Source: Planctomycetota bacterium
GTDB taxonomy: Bacteria > Planctomycetota > PLA2 > JAEUHO01
Reading direction: 5' to 3'
NCBI GenBank assembly: GCA_965222115.1
Contig: CBDCTJ010000007.1
Location: 1,792,001-1,856,000 of the forward strand
DNA length: 64,000 bases
Shown here: one piece after another, positions 1-8,822 of the stretch
Numbering within the stretch: position 1 is the first letter of the stretch
Layout of the letters: each line of letters begins with the position of its first letter
Made by a program: the position numbers and the translations under genes
Notes under the pieces: model-generated
Seen by the model: the letters and a program-made list of their open reading frames with translations, nothing else
The model's database searches: none
What the model was told of the DNA's origin: nothing

Positions 1-958
1 CCCAGATGCTCAGCAGGGCATTGCGAAACGCCTCGTCGTTGGTTCGGGCAATTGCCATTGCGGCTGCCCACGCGCCAAGGGTGCGCTTCGCTGCAAGCAT
101 CGATGTGACCCAGCCCTTTGTTGCGCTTGGATTGTCATCTGGGTACGGCACAAACTCCGATGCGCTGTGCCAAAGGGCATCGGCATACGCCTCGGGCGTC
201 TTCGCAAGCGCCGAGACGAGCGCCGCGCGACGATCATCGTTGTCGGTGTCCTCGTACACCGTGATTACGCCCCCTGCCGCGAACGGATCGTCCGAGGTGA
301 GCCATTGCTCGGCAGCCGCAGTCAGTTCATCGAGCTCGGTACCGCTCAGCTTTTCTACGTTGTCGGAACGAGCGATTGCAGCCCGCGCAATAGCAATGCT
401 GGGAGCAAGGTTGGCGAGTTGCCGTTCAAACAACTTGGGTCCCACAACGCGTGTGTAGTACTCCTTGCGGTACGCCAATGTGCCATCCGGATTCAAGATG
501 ATGTGCTGCGGACTGATTTGATCGGGGCCGAAACGTCGCAGGATGTAATTGAGTGCGGCGACGCGACACGCTGTGGTCGTACCGGGATAGCGTTTGCAAC
601 GACCGTCGGGCCCATCGTGGTCATTGGGATTGCACACAAAGCACACAAAACCACGTGTGGCATCACCCCATGCTTTGGATCGGTAGTGTTGTGTGGCCAG
701 CATGATGTTGGCGCGCTCATCCTCAAGTGCATTGAGGGCGAAGAGAATGGGGCGACCGCTTCGCGCAGCCAGCGCCATGCCCGCTTCAAAGTCGGACTGC
801 CAGTGAATACCCGGATTGGGAGTGCGCTTGGGCTTCTGCTTCCCTTCCTCGGCCATCGACAGGGGGACACATACTAACAGTGCGGCGATTCCTACCAACG
901 GCATCCACCTGTATGGCGCGTATGTGGCTGGCTCGGATCGATTGGTGCGATTGATCAT
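1..958 (-). CDS. Secreted thioredoxin-fold-like protein, 3' end runs off window
   Basis: Not in ORF track. Manual translation from ATG 958 (GAGGA upstream): MINRTNRSEPATYAPYRWMPLVGIAALLVCVPLSMA-EEGKQ...IHWQSDFEAGMALAARSGRPILFALN...CFVC...SPQHIILNPDG, open to window edge. The IxW..xxA...RPI and PxxxxLxPDG segments are typical of secreted Trx-like folds. Confidence 0.7.
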   Translation of the reverse strand, partial: MINRTNRSEPATYAPYRWMPLVGIAALLVCVPLSMAEEGKQKPKRTPNPGIHWQSDFEAGMALAARSGRPILFALNALEDERANIMLATQHYRSKAWGDATRGFVCFVCNPNDHDGPDGRCKRYPGTTTACRVAALNYILRRFGPDQISPQHIILNPDGTLAYRKEYYTRVVGPKLFERQLANLAPSIAIARAAIARSDNVEKLSGTELDELTAAAEQWLTSDDPFAAGGVITVYEDTDNDDRRAALVSALAKTPEAYADALWHSASEFVPYPDDNPSATKGWVTSMLAAKRTLGAWAAAMAIARTNDEAFRNALLSIW

Positions 959-1197
959 GAGTGTCCTCACGGAGATGACCAACACGATACGAACGACGGC
1001 AGCGCGGTCGCGTTCTCAACCGGGCGCTGCCGTATGTTCATCGTTCGTTACCCGTCAGGTTGCCGCCTAGTTCGTATACGCATGCGTGGCCCGCGCTCCG
1101 ATTCTAGGGAGTGCATCATCGAACGACACGCCATCGAACGACACAAGTCAAGTGAACGACGGGTTGCGCGTGTGCGATGGTTCGGAGGCACCACCGC

Positions 1198-1839
1198 ATG
1201 AATACGCCCCTCGCCCGATTGGTCGGACTGGTATCGTTACCCATGGCGCTCGCGCTTGTATGCACAGCATGCAGTTCGACGACGTCACCCCTCAGCGCGG
1301 ATGCAGAACCCCCTGCGATCGACGCGCGAGCGATTCCTGCAAGTGAGCGTCGCGTCGTTAACGATGCCGTTGTCCGCTCGTCCGCTCCCATTGACATCGC
1401 AGCGCCGGATGCTGACGCTGCGGCGCCCATGACGTTCGCAGGCGATTCACCCGAAGTTCGTTCTGGCGGGGCAGCTCCTCCAGCTGTGCCCTATGCCATG
1501 CCGTTTGAGAACGACTATGCGGATGTCCAGGCCCATGGCGATCACCCAGCGCCGCTCCACGTAGCGCAGCCATCGTCGCCCGTGGTTTCGACCGGACCGA
1601 TTACGCGCGCGTTGCGTTCGCCGCGACGGGTGTCAGGAGCGCGTGCCAAGAAGACCTCCGAGTATCGTGGCGCGTATGTCGAGACCACGCCGCAATCTGC
1701 TCGACGCGTCCCGTCTGCCAAGGCGAATGCCGTCAAGTCTCACGCGAAGCCCGTCGCACCCTTGGGGTCGGCATTCGATTTTGGTTCGAGCGACTGCGCC
1801 GACGGTTCGTGCGCGATTCCTTCTCCCCTCGGTCGATAG
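1198..1839 (+). CDS. Hypothetical lipoprotein, low complexity, C-terminal CADGSC motif
   Basis: GGAGG RBS before ATG 1198; signal peptide ending CTAC-SS; Ala/Pro-rich body; ends SSDCADGSCAIPSPLGR. Confidence 0.6.
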   Translation: MNTPLARLVGLVSLPMALALVCTACSSTTSPLSADAEPPAIDARAIPASERRVVNDAVVRSSAPIDIAAPDADAAAPMTFAGDSPEVRSGGAAPPAVPYAMPFENDYADVQAHGDHPAPLHVAQPSSPVVSTGPITRALRSPRRVSGARAKKTSEYRGAYVETTPQSARRVPSAKANAVKSHAKPVAPLGSAFDFGSSDCADGSCAIPSPLGR

Positions 1840-1869
1840 CTATTCCTGTTTGCGCATAGGAGCGTCCGC

Positions 1870-2964
1870 GTGACGCTCGAAGACCAGCGCCGCATTCATA
1901 ACCTTCGTCGTCGCGTACTGCGGTACTACGACCGGCACGCTCGTACGCTGCCGTGGCGCGGAATCGATGACCCCTACGGCATCTGGGTTTCTGAGGTCAT
2001 GCTCCAGCAAACGCGTGTCGAAACCGCGCTTGTCCGCTGGCCCCAGTTCATGAAGCGCTTCCCCACGCTCCCGTCCTTGGCGCGCGCGCGCGAACAATCG
2101 GTTTTGAAGGCCTGGGAAGGGCTCGGCTACTACCGGCGTGCGCGCATGCTTTGGAAGGCTGCACGCGAAGTGCTTCGCCAAGGCGGGGTGCTTCCCACCG
2201 ATGTGTCTGCGTTGCGGTTGCTGCCCGGCTTTGGTGACTACACCGCGGCAGCGGTGGCGAGCATTGCATTTGACCAACCGATTGCAGCGGTCGATGGAAA
2301 CATCTTACGCGTGCTTTCACGCGTGTCTGCCGAGCTGGGCGCCATCGACAGATCCGCCGCGCGTTCGAGACTCAAACGGCTAGCCGCGTTGTTGTTGGCG
2401 CCCCGTCGGCCCGGAGATTGGAATCAGGCGTTGATGGACTTGGGTGCGACGGTGTGTACACCGCGTTCGCCAGCGTGTGGGGTGTGTCCGATGCGCATCG
2501 ATTGCAAGGCCTACGCCCAAGACGCGGTACTCGATTATCCCCGAAAGACGCGGAAGGGACCGATTCCGCACTACGACATCGCGGCGGGATTGGTGTGGCG
2601 AGGCGAACGCGTGTTGATTGCCAAGCGTCCAGACGAAGGTCTGTTGGGGGGGCTTTGGGAGTTTCCCGGCGGCAAGCGCGAGGCGGGTGAGTCGTTGGAA
2701 AACGCGTGCGTGCGCGAAGTCATGGAAGAAACGGGTCTTCGCGTGATCTGTCGCAAACGAGCGGCTCGCGTTGATCATGCGTATTCGCATTTCAAGATCA
2801 CACTCCACTTGTTTCATTGCTCCGGTGGCCGCGGTAACCCCAAGCCGATTCGGTGTGAGTCTCCGCGTTTTGTTCCCGTAAAGGACCTCGCGCGGTATCC
2901 ATTTCCTCAGGCCAATCGAAAGGCGTTTGCGCGCGTTGAGCGCCTCCGTGCCTATCTTACGTAG
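1870..2964 (+). CDS. mutY: A/G-specific adenine glycosylase MutY with C-terminal Nudix domain
   Basis: WVSEVMLQQT, WEGLGYYRRAR, HhH LPGFGDYTA, VDGN, Fe-S motif CTPRSPACGVCPMRIDC, Nudix box GGKREAGESLENACVREVMEETGL. Confidence 0.95.
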   Translation: MTLEDQRRIHNLRRRVLRYYDRHARTLPWRGIDDPYGIWVSEVMLQQTRVETALVRWPQFMKRFPTLPSLARAREQSVLKAWEGLGYYRRARMLWKAAREVLRQGGVLPTDVSALRLLPGFGDYTAAAVASIAFDQPIAAVDGNILRVLSRVSAELGAIDRSAARSRLKRLAALLLAPRRPGDWNQALMDLGATVCTPRSPACGVCPMRIDCKAYAQDAVLDYPRKTRKGPIPHYDIAAGLVWRGERVLIAKRPDEGLLGGLWEFPGGKREAGESLENACVREVMEETGLRVICRKRAARVDHAYSHFKITLHLFHCSGGRGNPKPIRCESPRFVPVKDLARYPFPQANRKAFARVERLRAYLT

Positions 2965-2986
2965 CCGGTCAAGGAGGCTCGGATCC

Positions 2987-3244
2987 ATGCGCAGCTTTCG
3001 GGTCGAATTGTCACGTGACGTGCCGATCACAACTCAACTGGAGCGTGCCCAAGAACGGGCTGGCGAAGCGGGCGTGGAATTCGAAGGCGATGCCGAACGC
3101 GGCACGTTTACGGGCATCGCAACCGGGACGTATCGCGTCGAATCGAACGCGCTTGTGATCGACGTCAGTAAGAAGCCGACATTGGTACCGTGGGCATTGC
3201 TTGAGCGTGAACTGCGTGCAGTATTCGCAAGCAACGGCGCGTAG
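2987..3244 (+). CDS. Small hypothetical protein
   Basis: AAGGAGG RBS before ATG 2987; protein-like composition, KKPTLVPW motif. Confidence 0.7.
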   Translation: MRSFRVELSRDVPITTQLERAQERAGEAGVEFEGDAERGTFTGIATGTYRVESNALVIDVSKKPTLVPWALLERELRAVFASNGA

Positions 3245-3277
3245 CCGCGGCGTTCTGCGCAGCCTCAATCGATGGGC

Positions 3278-3529
3278 TTACGTGGAACTAGAGCGCTGAG
3301 GTGTTGACTTCGTCCCGGTGCTTTCGGATTCTCGTTCGGCGCGCTCGCGTGCTTCCTTCTCTTCCGCCTCCGTCGCGACGTGATCGGCCAAGATCTCCAC
3401 GACGCGCGCCAACACGGTTGTGGATCGAAATAGATAGCGAAATGTGACGCCCATGCCGCCGCGCCGCAGGTCATCGCGGACCTTCTGCGTGAGGTTGGCG
3501 AGGCGACGAAGTGATTGAGGGCTTGGCAT
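3278..3529 (-). CDS. Small hypothetical protein
   Basis: ORF MPSPQSLRRLANLTQKVRDDLRRGG... with charged helical C-terminus; fills intergenic gap. Confidence 0.5.
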   Translation of the reverse strand: MPSPQSLRRLANLTQKVRDDLRRGGMGVTFRYLFRSTTVLARVVEILADHVATEAEEKEARERAERESESTGTKSTPQRSSST

Positions 3530-3879
3530 GGGGGAAGTGTACGGCCAGACCCCCCGATCGACGCGCTCCGAGGGCCAGCAATTCACCTTCGCACCCGTCT
3601 CGGCCGATTTGTCATCAGAGTGTCTCCGCCCAGGGGTCTATTGCTGGTTGAACGATCGTGTGGCGTGTTGGCCGTTCCCGTCCAGGGGGAAAGTGTCACT
3701 CGGAGGTGGAATCGTCGCAGACCGGTACTTGCCGGTTATCGTGGAGCCGACTCCCTGGCGTGATCGGTGCGCGATGTGGAGTGGTGCTCGGCACGGACGT
3801 GGCTCCGGTCGGTGCGTCGGCGCAATCCTTGGTGGGCTGCGCAAGCGGCCTTGGTGGGCTGCGCGAGCGGAGGTGGTCA

Positions 3880-5058
3880 GTGACGACACGTGCCAACAGC
3901 TTTTTGTCTGTGAAATTGACGAATGAACGCAGTTCCTCCACGAGCGATGTAGGACGCAGGTCCTTTGGCTGGAGGGGGGTATTCGCTGTAGCGCTCGCAT
4001 CTGCATTTGGCGTGTTGTGCACGGCTCCCGACGCCATGGCGAAGGACAAGGACAGCAAGAAGCGCGACGTGAGCGAGGTGCCAGCGGGCGGGGGTGCCGA
4101 CACGACCGGCAAAGAAGCAAGCAAAGACACGGGCAAAGAAGCTGATAGTGGCGCATCCAAGAAGGCGGCGCCCAAGCGCGCCGTGAGTAATTCGCCGCTA
4201 GATCCCTACCGCGACTTTGGGCTTACCGGTGAATACAAGCTCTACATGAACCGCACCTTGCAGGATCGGGCCAAGGTCTATCACTCGCCGATTGCGCGTG
4301 CTTGGCTTGTGCTGGGCACCAACTATCCCGGTGGCAAGGCCCTGTTGCTCGACACAAAGTCCCGCAAGATCTTCACATTGCCCGGCGACAACTTCCTCAA
4401 GGCCCGCAATGTGCTCGACACGCTGGCCGTTCGATCCGATTCGAAACTCGAGGAACTTGGTGCGATGCGATTCCAGGCCAAGAAGGGCACCATGGGTAAG
4501 AGCATGGGCTGGAGTTACGAAGACAAAGACAAGGGTATGTCGTTGCGTATGCGCCCTTCGGGTGACTTCAAAGGCATGGCAGGCGCCGACGGGTTGCTGC
4601 GAGTCGCTCCTCAGTATCGCCGCGACACAGCGTCGTACAAAAAGGTCGTGTACGCCAGCCAAGAAGAAGTGAAGTATTTGGCCGATCTTAAGGCGCTGAT
4701 TGCGAAGCTCAATCCCCGCTCGCTAACGGTTGAGGTCTATTTCGGCACGTGGTGTCCCACATGCAAGCAAGTGATGGGCAAGATCATGTTCCTGGACCGC
4801 GAGTTCCCCGATGTCCGGTTCTCTTACTACGGCTTCTCCAGCATCAAGGAGGAGTACGAGAAGAATCCTCGATGGGTCAAGAACAAGATCATCAAGATGC
4901 CCACCGTCATCGTTCGCAAGAGCGGAAAAGAGATCGGGCGGGCGCACTCCAACCATTGGAATCGTCCCGTCCTAACGATGCTCTCCGAACTTCAAAAGTA
5001 CGAGCGCACGCTCAAGTCAACGGCAAAGTCCACGAAGAAGCCCACGAGCAATCGATAG
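3880..5058 (+). CDS. Secreted thioredoxin-family protein (C-terminal WCPTC domain)
   Basis: GGAGG then GTG at 3880, in frame with ORF 3658; signal peptide with GRRSF twin-Arg-like motif; VEVYFGTWCPTC active site and cis-Pro MPTVIV. Confidence 0.85.
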   Translation: MTTRANSFLSVKLTNERSSSTSDVGRRSFGWRGVFAVALASAFGVLCTAPDAMAKDKDSKKRDVSEVPAGGGADTTGKEASKDTGKEADSGASKKAAPKRAVSNSPLDPYRDFGLTGEYKLYMNRTLQDRAKVYHSPIARAWLVLGTNYPGGKALLLDTKSRKIFTLPGDNFLKARNVLDTLAVRSDSKLEELGAMRFQAKKGTMGKSMGWSYEDKDKGMSLRMRPSGDFKGMAGADGLLRVAPQYRRDTASYKKVVYASQEEVKYLADLKALIAKLNPRSLTVEVYFGTWCPTCKQVMGKIMFLDREFPDVRFSYYGFSSIKEEYEKNPRWVKNKIIKMPTVIVRKSGKEIGRAHSNHWNRPVLTMLSELQKYERTLKSTAKSTKKPTSNR

Positions 5059-5091
5059 GCGACGATTGACGTATGTGGCTCGTGCATGGCG

Positions 5092-6411
5092 TTAGATGCC
5101 TAGGTAGTGCTTCCAGAGCGCGCATTGGTGTCGAAACGTTGTTCGTAGGGCGCCGTGTTCGATCCATTTTCGTGCAGACGTGATCACGGCAGCGTTTGCA
5201 ATGCGGATGCGACCAAAAGGGCGGAGCTGTCTGAGCAACTTGAAGTCTTCCATGGCGCCGGTGAGGGGGAAGCCACCCGCCGATTGAAACGTTTCTTTGT
5301 GCATGAATAGCGCTTGGTCGCCGTAGGGGCGCTTAAGGAGGCGGGAACGAATGTTGGCGCCACTTTCAATCACGCGCAGTCCGCGCCCCGGCGCGTCGAG
5401 TGCGAACCGAAATGCGCCCGTAGATGTGTTGGGGATCGCTAGCGTATTCATGACGTGTTGCACGTAGCCGTGGGGAAGTCGGGAATCGGCGTGGAGAAAT
5501 AAGAGCGTGTTGCTGCGTGCGGCTTCGGCACCCGTGTTCAGCTGAAGGCCGCGTGACGGCTCACACAAGAGTACGCGTGCACCCATAGAGGCAGCGATTT
5601 CGGGGGTGCGATCCGTACTCTTCGCGTCCACGACGATGCGCTCCACACGTTCGTTCGATGCGGTAGACGCGAGCGCGGCAGCAATATGGTCCTGTTCATT
5701 GAGCGTTGGAATGACAATAGACAACTCAGGCGTCGCGTCGTGTGGGGTGCCAAGTAGGTTTGGTAAATCCTCGCCCACATCGATGTCATCGCGTGTTGTG
5801 AGTGTGTGAAGAGATGTATTCAGTGATCGAAGCCGGTTCGATGTGTAGCGAAAGACGTTGCTAGTGCTCCAAGGCGTGCCTTCGAAGAACGGGACCACGC
5901 CGTTTCGCACACCGACCAAGTAGTAACCACCATCGCTTGCGGGACCCAACACTACGTCCGAATCATTGAGTGCATCCAACGTATCGTGGAGGTCACCTTC
6001 CGACAGTGTCGGGCAATCGCTGCCAACGATGACCGTCTTGGTAAAGCCTCGATCCCACGCACGCACCAATACGCGTTGCATTCGCGCACCCAGATCCCCA
6101 TCGCCTTGGTCCGTGCACGTGCGATGGCGCGCCATGTGGCGCAGCATGCCATTCTCCCATGCGCCGGTTACGCAAAGTTCGATGTCAAATGGGCGCTGAT
6201 GGCTTGATCGATCTATCGTTTCGATCGTGCGACGAAGCAATTGGGCGGCAAGTTGTGCGGCTCCGTGGGCACCGAGGCGTGGGTTGAGCCTGGTCTTCGT
6301 GGAGCCGGGCGAAGGTTCGCGGCACATGATCACGACCCGATCGGCGACGCGCGGCGCACGTTGGGACGCGAGACGCATCGTTCGTTGCCTCAAGCGAGCG
6401 TGCCGCCGCAT
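5092..6411 (-). CDS. Fused TIGR04282 (DUF2064) + TIGR04283 (GT2) arsenosugar-associated glycosyltransferases
   Basis: N-half PGSTKTRL, QGDGDLGARM, VGSDCP, LGPASDGGYYLVG; C-half SIVIPTLNE, LNTGA, LFLHADS, PYGDQALF, MED, TSARKW. Confidence 0.9.
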   Translation of the reverse strand: MRRHARLRQRTMRLASQRAPRVADRVVIMCREPSPGSTKTRLNPRLGAHGAAQLAAQLLRRTIETIDRSSHQRPFDIELCVTGAWENGMLRHMARHRTCTDQGDGDLGARMQRVLVRAWDRGFTKTVIVGSDCPTLSEGDLHDTLDALNDSDVVLGPASDGGYYLVGVRNGVVPFFEGTPWSTSNVFRYTSNRLRSLNTSLHTLTTRDDIDVGEDLPNLLGTPHDATPELSIVIPTLNEQDHIAAALASTASNERVERIVVDAKSTDRTPEIAASMGARVLLCEPSRGLQLNTGAEAARSNTLLFLHADSRLPHGYVQHVMNTLAIPNTSTGAFRFALDAPGRGLRVIESGANIRSRLLKRPYGDQALFMHKETFQSAGGFPLTGAMEDFKLLRQLRPFGRIRIANAAVITSARKWIEHGALRTTFRHQCALWKHYLGI

Positions 6412-7403
6412 GACGAGCCAGATCCGGCCGTACAGCCGAAGCAGTGAGGCGCCGTGGCGATGCTACGTTTCAAAAACTCGGCGGGTTCGAAGTCACGGAT
6501 GTGGGCCACGTCGCCACGCACTCTCATGCCCAGAGCAAAGTTGAAGTCGCAATCGTGTAACGTTCCGTCCCACCCAACATGGACTTGATGGCGACACATC
6601 AGTCCGTCAACGGTTGACGGATTGAACGACGTGCGCAACAAGGTGTCGTAGGCAGCGTACCGATCTGCTTTTTGAAGATCATTCTTGAAACGGCCAATAG
6701 GCATATTGGTAATGGCAAGGAGTTGATTGAACCGAATACCAAAGCGCTCGTCGAGTTCGCGGCGATAGTCGCGTTCGAGGGCCGCCTGGTCGGGCGGTAA
6801 CGATGGGCCACCTGGGTTGTAGATCAGGTCAAGTTGAAGGTCTTGCTCTTGCGTGTCTGCGCCATAGCCGAGTGCGTTGAGACGGCGAATGGCCTCAATG
6901 CTCTCGCCATAGACGTGGCGACCGCGTTGTTTGGTGACGTTCTCTTCGAGATAGCACGGAAGCGACGCCATGACATGCAGCCCAAGCTTTGCGAAAAGCT
7001 CAGGCATGGTGTCGTACCGTGGGTGAAGAAGAATGGTGAGGTTGGAACGCACAATAACGCGCAATCCCAATGTGCGCGCCTCGGTAACAAATGCGGCAAA
7101 GTGCGGATGCATCTCCGGGGCGCCGCCCGTTACGTCGAGCGTGGACGCACCGCAACGAACCGCGGCCTTCAACACGTGGTCCATGGTCTTCTTCGTCATC
7201 TCCTCGGTTCGTGACGGGGATGATTCCACGTGGCAGTGGTGGCATGCAAGATTGCAGACCAAACCAATGTTGACCTGAACTGTATCCACCGCATGCGCAG
7301 TCAGGGGCGCACCGGTCTCGACGGCGACGCGCGTTGCGAAAGACGTCGCGGCAGCAGGCGCTCCGGCATGATGGTGGTGAGACTGTTCTTGCGGCGTGTT
7401 CAT
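6390..7403 (-). CDS. arsS: Radical SAM/Cys-rich protein, arsenosugar biosynthesis ArsS family (TIGR04167, DUF3641)
   Basis: QVNIGLVCNLACHHCHVESSP, DVTGGAPEMHP, ASLPCY, LMCR, DCDFN, HCFGCTAGSGSSCGG; start chosen at ATG 7403. Confidence 0.9.
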   Translation of the reverse strand: MNTPQEQSHHHHAGAPAAATSFATRVAVETGAPLTAHAVDTVQVNIGLVCNLACHHCHVESSPSRTEEMTKKTMDHVLKAAVRCGASTLDVTGGAPEMHPHFAAFVTEARTLGLRVIVRSNLTILLHPRYDTMPELFAKLGLHVMASLPCYLEENVTKQRGRHVYGESIEAIRRLNALGYGADTQEQDLQLDLIYNPGGPSLPPDQAALERDYRRELDERFGIRFNQLLAITNMPIGRFKNDLQKADRYAAYDTLLRTSFNPSTVDGLMCRHQVHVGWDGTLHDCDFNFALGMRVRGDVAHIRDFEPAEFLKRSIATAPHCFGCTAGSGSSCGGTLA

Positions 7404-7530
7404 GCAGTGGCTCTCCCTGGCCGCGAGGTTGACCGCTAGGCTACGCGGCACGTTGAGGGTCGTGGACGAGTCGTTCGCCTGGATTTCACGAGTAGTCGAT
7501 TCCACAAGTTACCGAATAAAAATTCCGATA

Positions 7531-7607
7531 TGGCACCCCCGGCAGGACTCGAACCTGCGACCGCGGGATTAGAAATCCCGTGCTCTATCCAGCTGAGCTA
7601 CAGGGGC
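7531..7607 (-). tRNA. tRNA-Arg(TCT)
   Basis: GCCCCTGTAGCTCAGCTGGATAGAGCACGGGATTTCTAATCCCGCGGTCGCAGGTTCGAGTCCTGCCGGGGGTGCCA; cloverleaf, anticodon TCT, encoded CCA. Confidence 0.97.
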
Positions 7608-7627
7608 ATGTGTAGCAATCGGGGAGG

Positions 7628-8782
7628 TTATTCGATCCGCATGACGATATGCAAGCCTTGACGGCTACGCACGATCTTAGGGCAAATGGTCCCAGGTTTG
7701 GTAATGATCAATGCGTCCGCGATTTCGTCCATTCCCTGACCGTGAGATACGACGCCGATGGTTCCACGGTCGCCGGACGTCATGGCATCGTCGCTGTGAT
7801 CGATGACCGCTTTGTCCCAATAACTTGGGTCAGCCTGCAACTTGGCCAACAACTCGTTCGCCAGTTTTTCCGCATCTTGAGGTCTGCGCTGAATGCGAAT
7901 ATTGGCGCGCGCGTCTTGAACTAAAATATGACGCGTAAAGGCGCGTACCAATTCGCCGCGTACAAGCACCGCGATGCCGCGCGGCGAGTCATGGGGTTTA
8001 GCGAATTGCTTGGGGCGAAGGTTGTAGAGCGCTTGGAAGAATGGATCATTCTCTTCGGCGGGAGAGATGAGGCCCAAGTACTCATTGGGGTGAGCACGTG
8101 AACCGGGACTGAAACGTTCCCGTGCCTGTTTGAGCGTGAGCTTGCCTTCGCTCAGTAACTGGATCGCTTCGCGCGCCCGCTTAAAGGCCTCGTCGCGCGT
8201 CAATGTGGAATTGGTTGGTTCTACGCCCGGTGCGGGCTCGCGCTTGTAAGGAATGTGAAAGCCGTATACGGGAATGCGAAATCGCTTCTCAAGTTCGACT
8301 GCTTCTTTGAACGGATGCCGGTAGATGACGTGCCAACCGCTTCGTGTACGAATAGGCGGACTCAACATGCCCGGCATCAAACACTGCGTCGCCCCGTGCC
8401 ACGCTGTGTTGAGGTCGATTGGAGGAAACCCCTGAAACCCGTCACTAAATCGATTGCTGGATTCACTTCGCGTTCTGGCCATTGCGGCGAAATCGGCGCC
8501 CTTGCGGAGTTCATGGAAGGCCTTCCACGCGTTCTTTCGTGCCAAGCGGTCGGGTTGGTCACGTGGGACGGCGAATATGATCTCAGAGATGCCGAATACG
8601 TGATGATCGACCTCGCGCAGTTCTCCGGCAGGCGTCTGCACGATGAGTCGCGAGGACTCGCCGTCACCGGAACACGCGGAAAGACACCACGCGAACAGTA
8701 CCAGCCACGCGGCCATTCCCACGCGTCCTTGGATGCACAGACGCCGCAACGCGTTTGCCTCGGTCATCGGTTCCAACTCCAA
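7628..8782 (-). CDS. Parvulin/PpiC-type peptidylprolyl isomerase lipoprotein with several rotamase domains
   Basis: Lipobox LSAC; GADFAAMARTRSE, SPPIRTRSGWHVI, RHILV, HSDD..GDRGTIG, VRSRQGLHIV. Confidence 0.85.
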   Translation of the reverse strand: MELEPMTEANALRRLCIQGRVGMAAWLVLFAWCLSACSGDGESSRLIVQTPAGELREVDHHVFGISEIIFAVPRDQPDRLARKNAWKAFHELRKGADFAAMARTRSESSNRFSDGFQGFPPIDLNTAWHGATQCLMPGMLSPPIRTRSGWHVIYRHPFKEAVELEKRFRIPVYGFHIPYKREPAPGVEPTNSTLTRDEAFKRAREAIQLLSEGKLTLKQARERFSPGSRAHPNEYLGLISPAEENDPFFQALYNLRPKQFAKPHDSPRGIAVLVRGELVRAFTRHILVQDARANIRIQRRPQDAEKLANELLAKLQADPSYWDKAVIDHSDDAMTSGDRGTIGVVSHGQGMDEIADALIITKPGTICPKIVRSRQGLHIVMRIE

Positions 8783-8822
8783 TCAAACGCGGGCGAGGGC
8801 CCGCCCGTGGTTCGATGCATAC

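Noticed and set aside
6-877. Plus-strand ORFs 6-458 and 167-877
   Set aside because: Shadows of the minus-strand gene starting at 958, which has an RBS, a signal peptide and recognisable motifs
6390-7403. Selenocysteine recoding in arsS
   Set aside because: The ORF is uninterrupted, with Cys at the C-terminal SSCGG; the only TGA is the terminal stop
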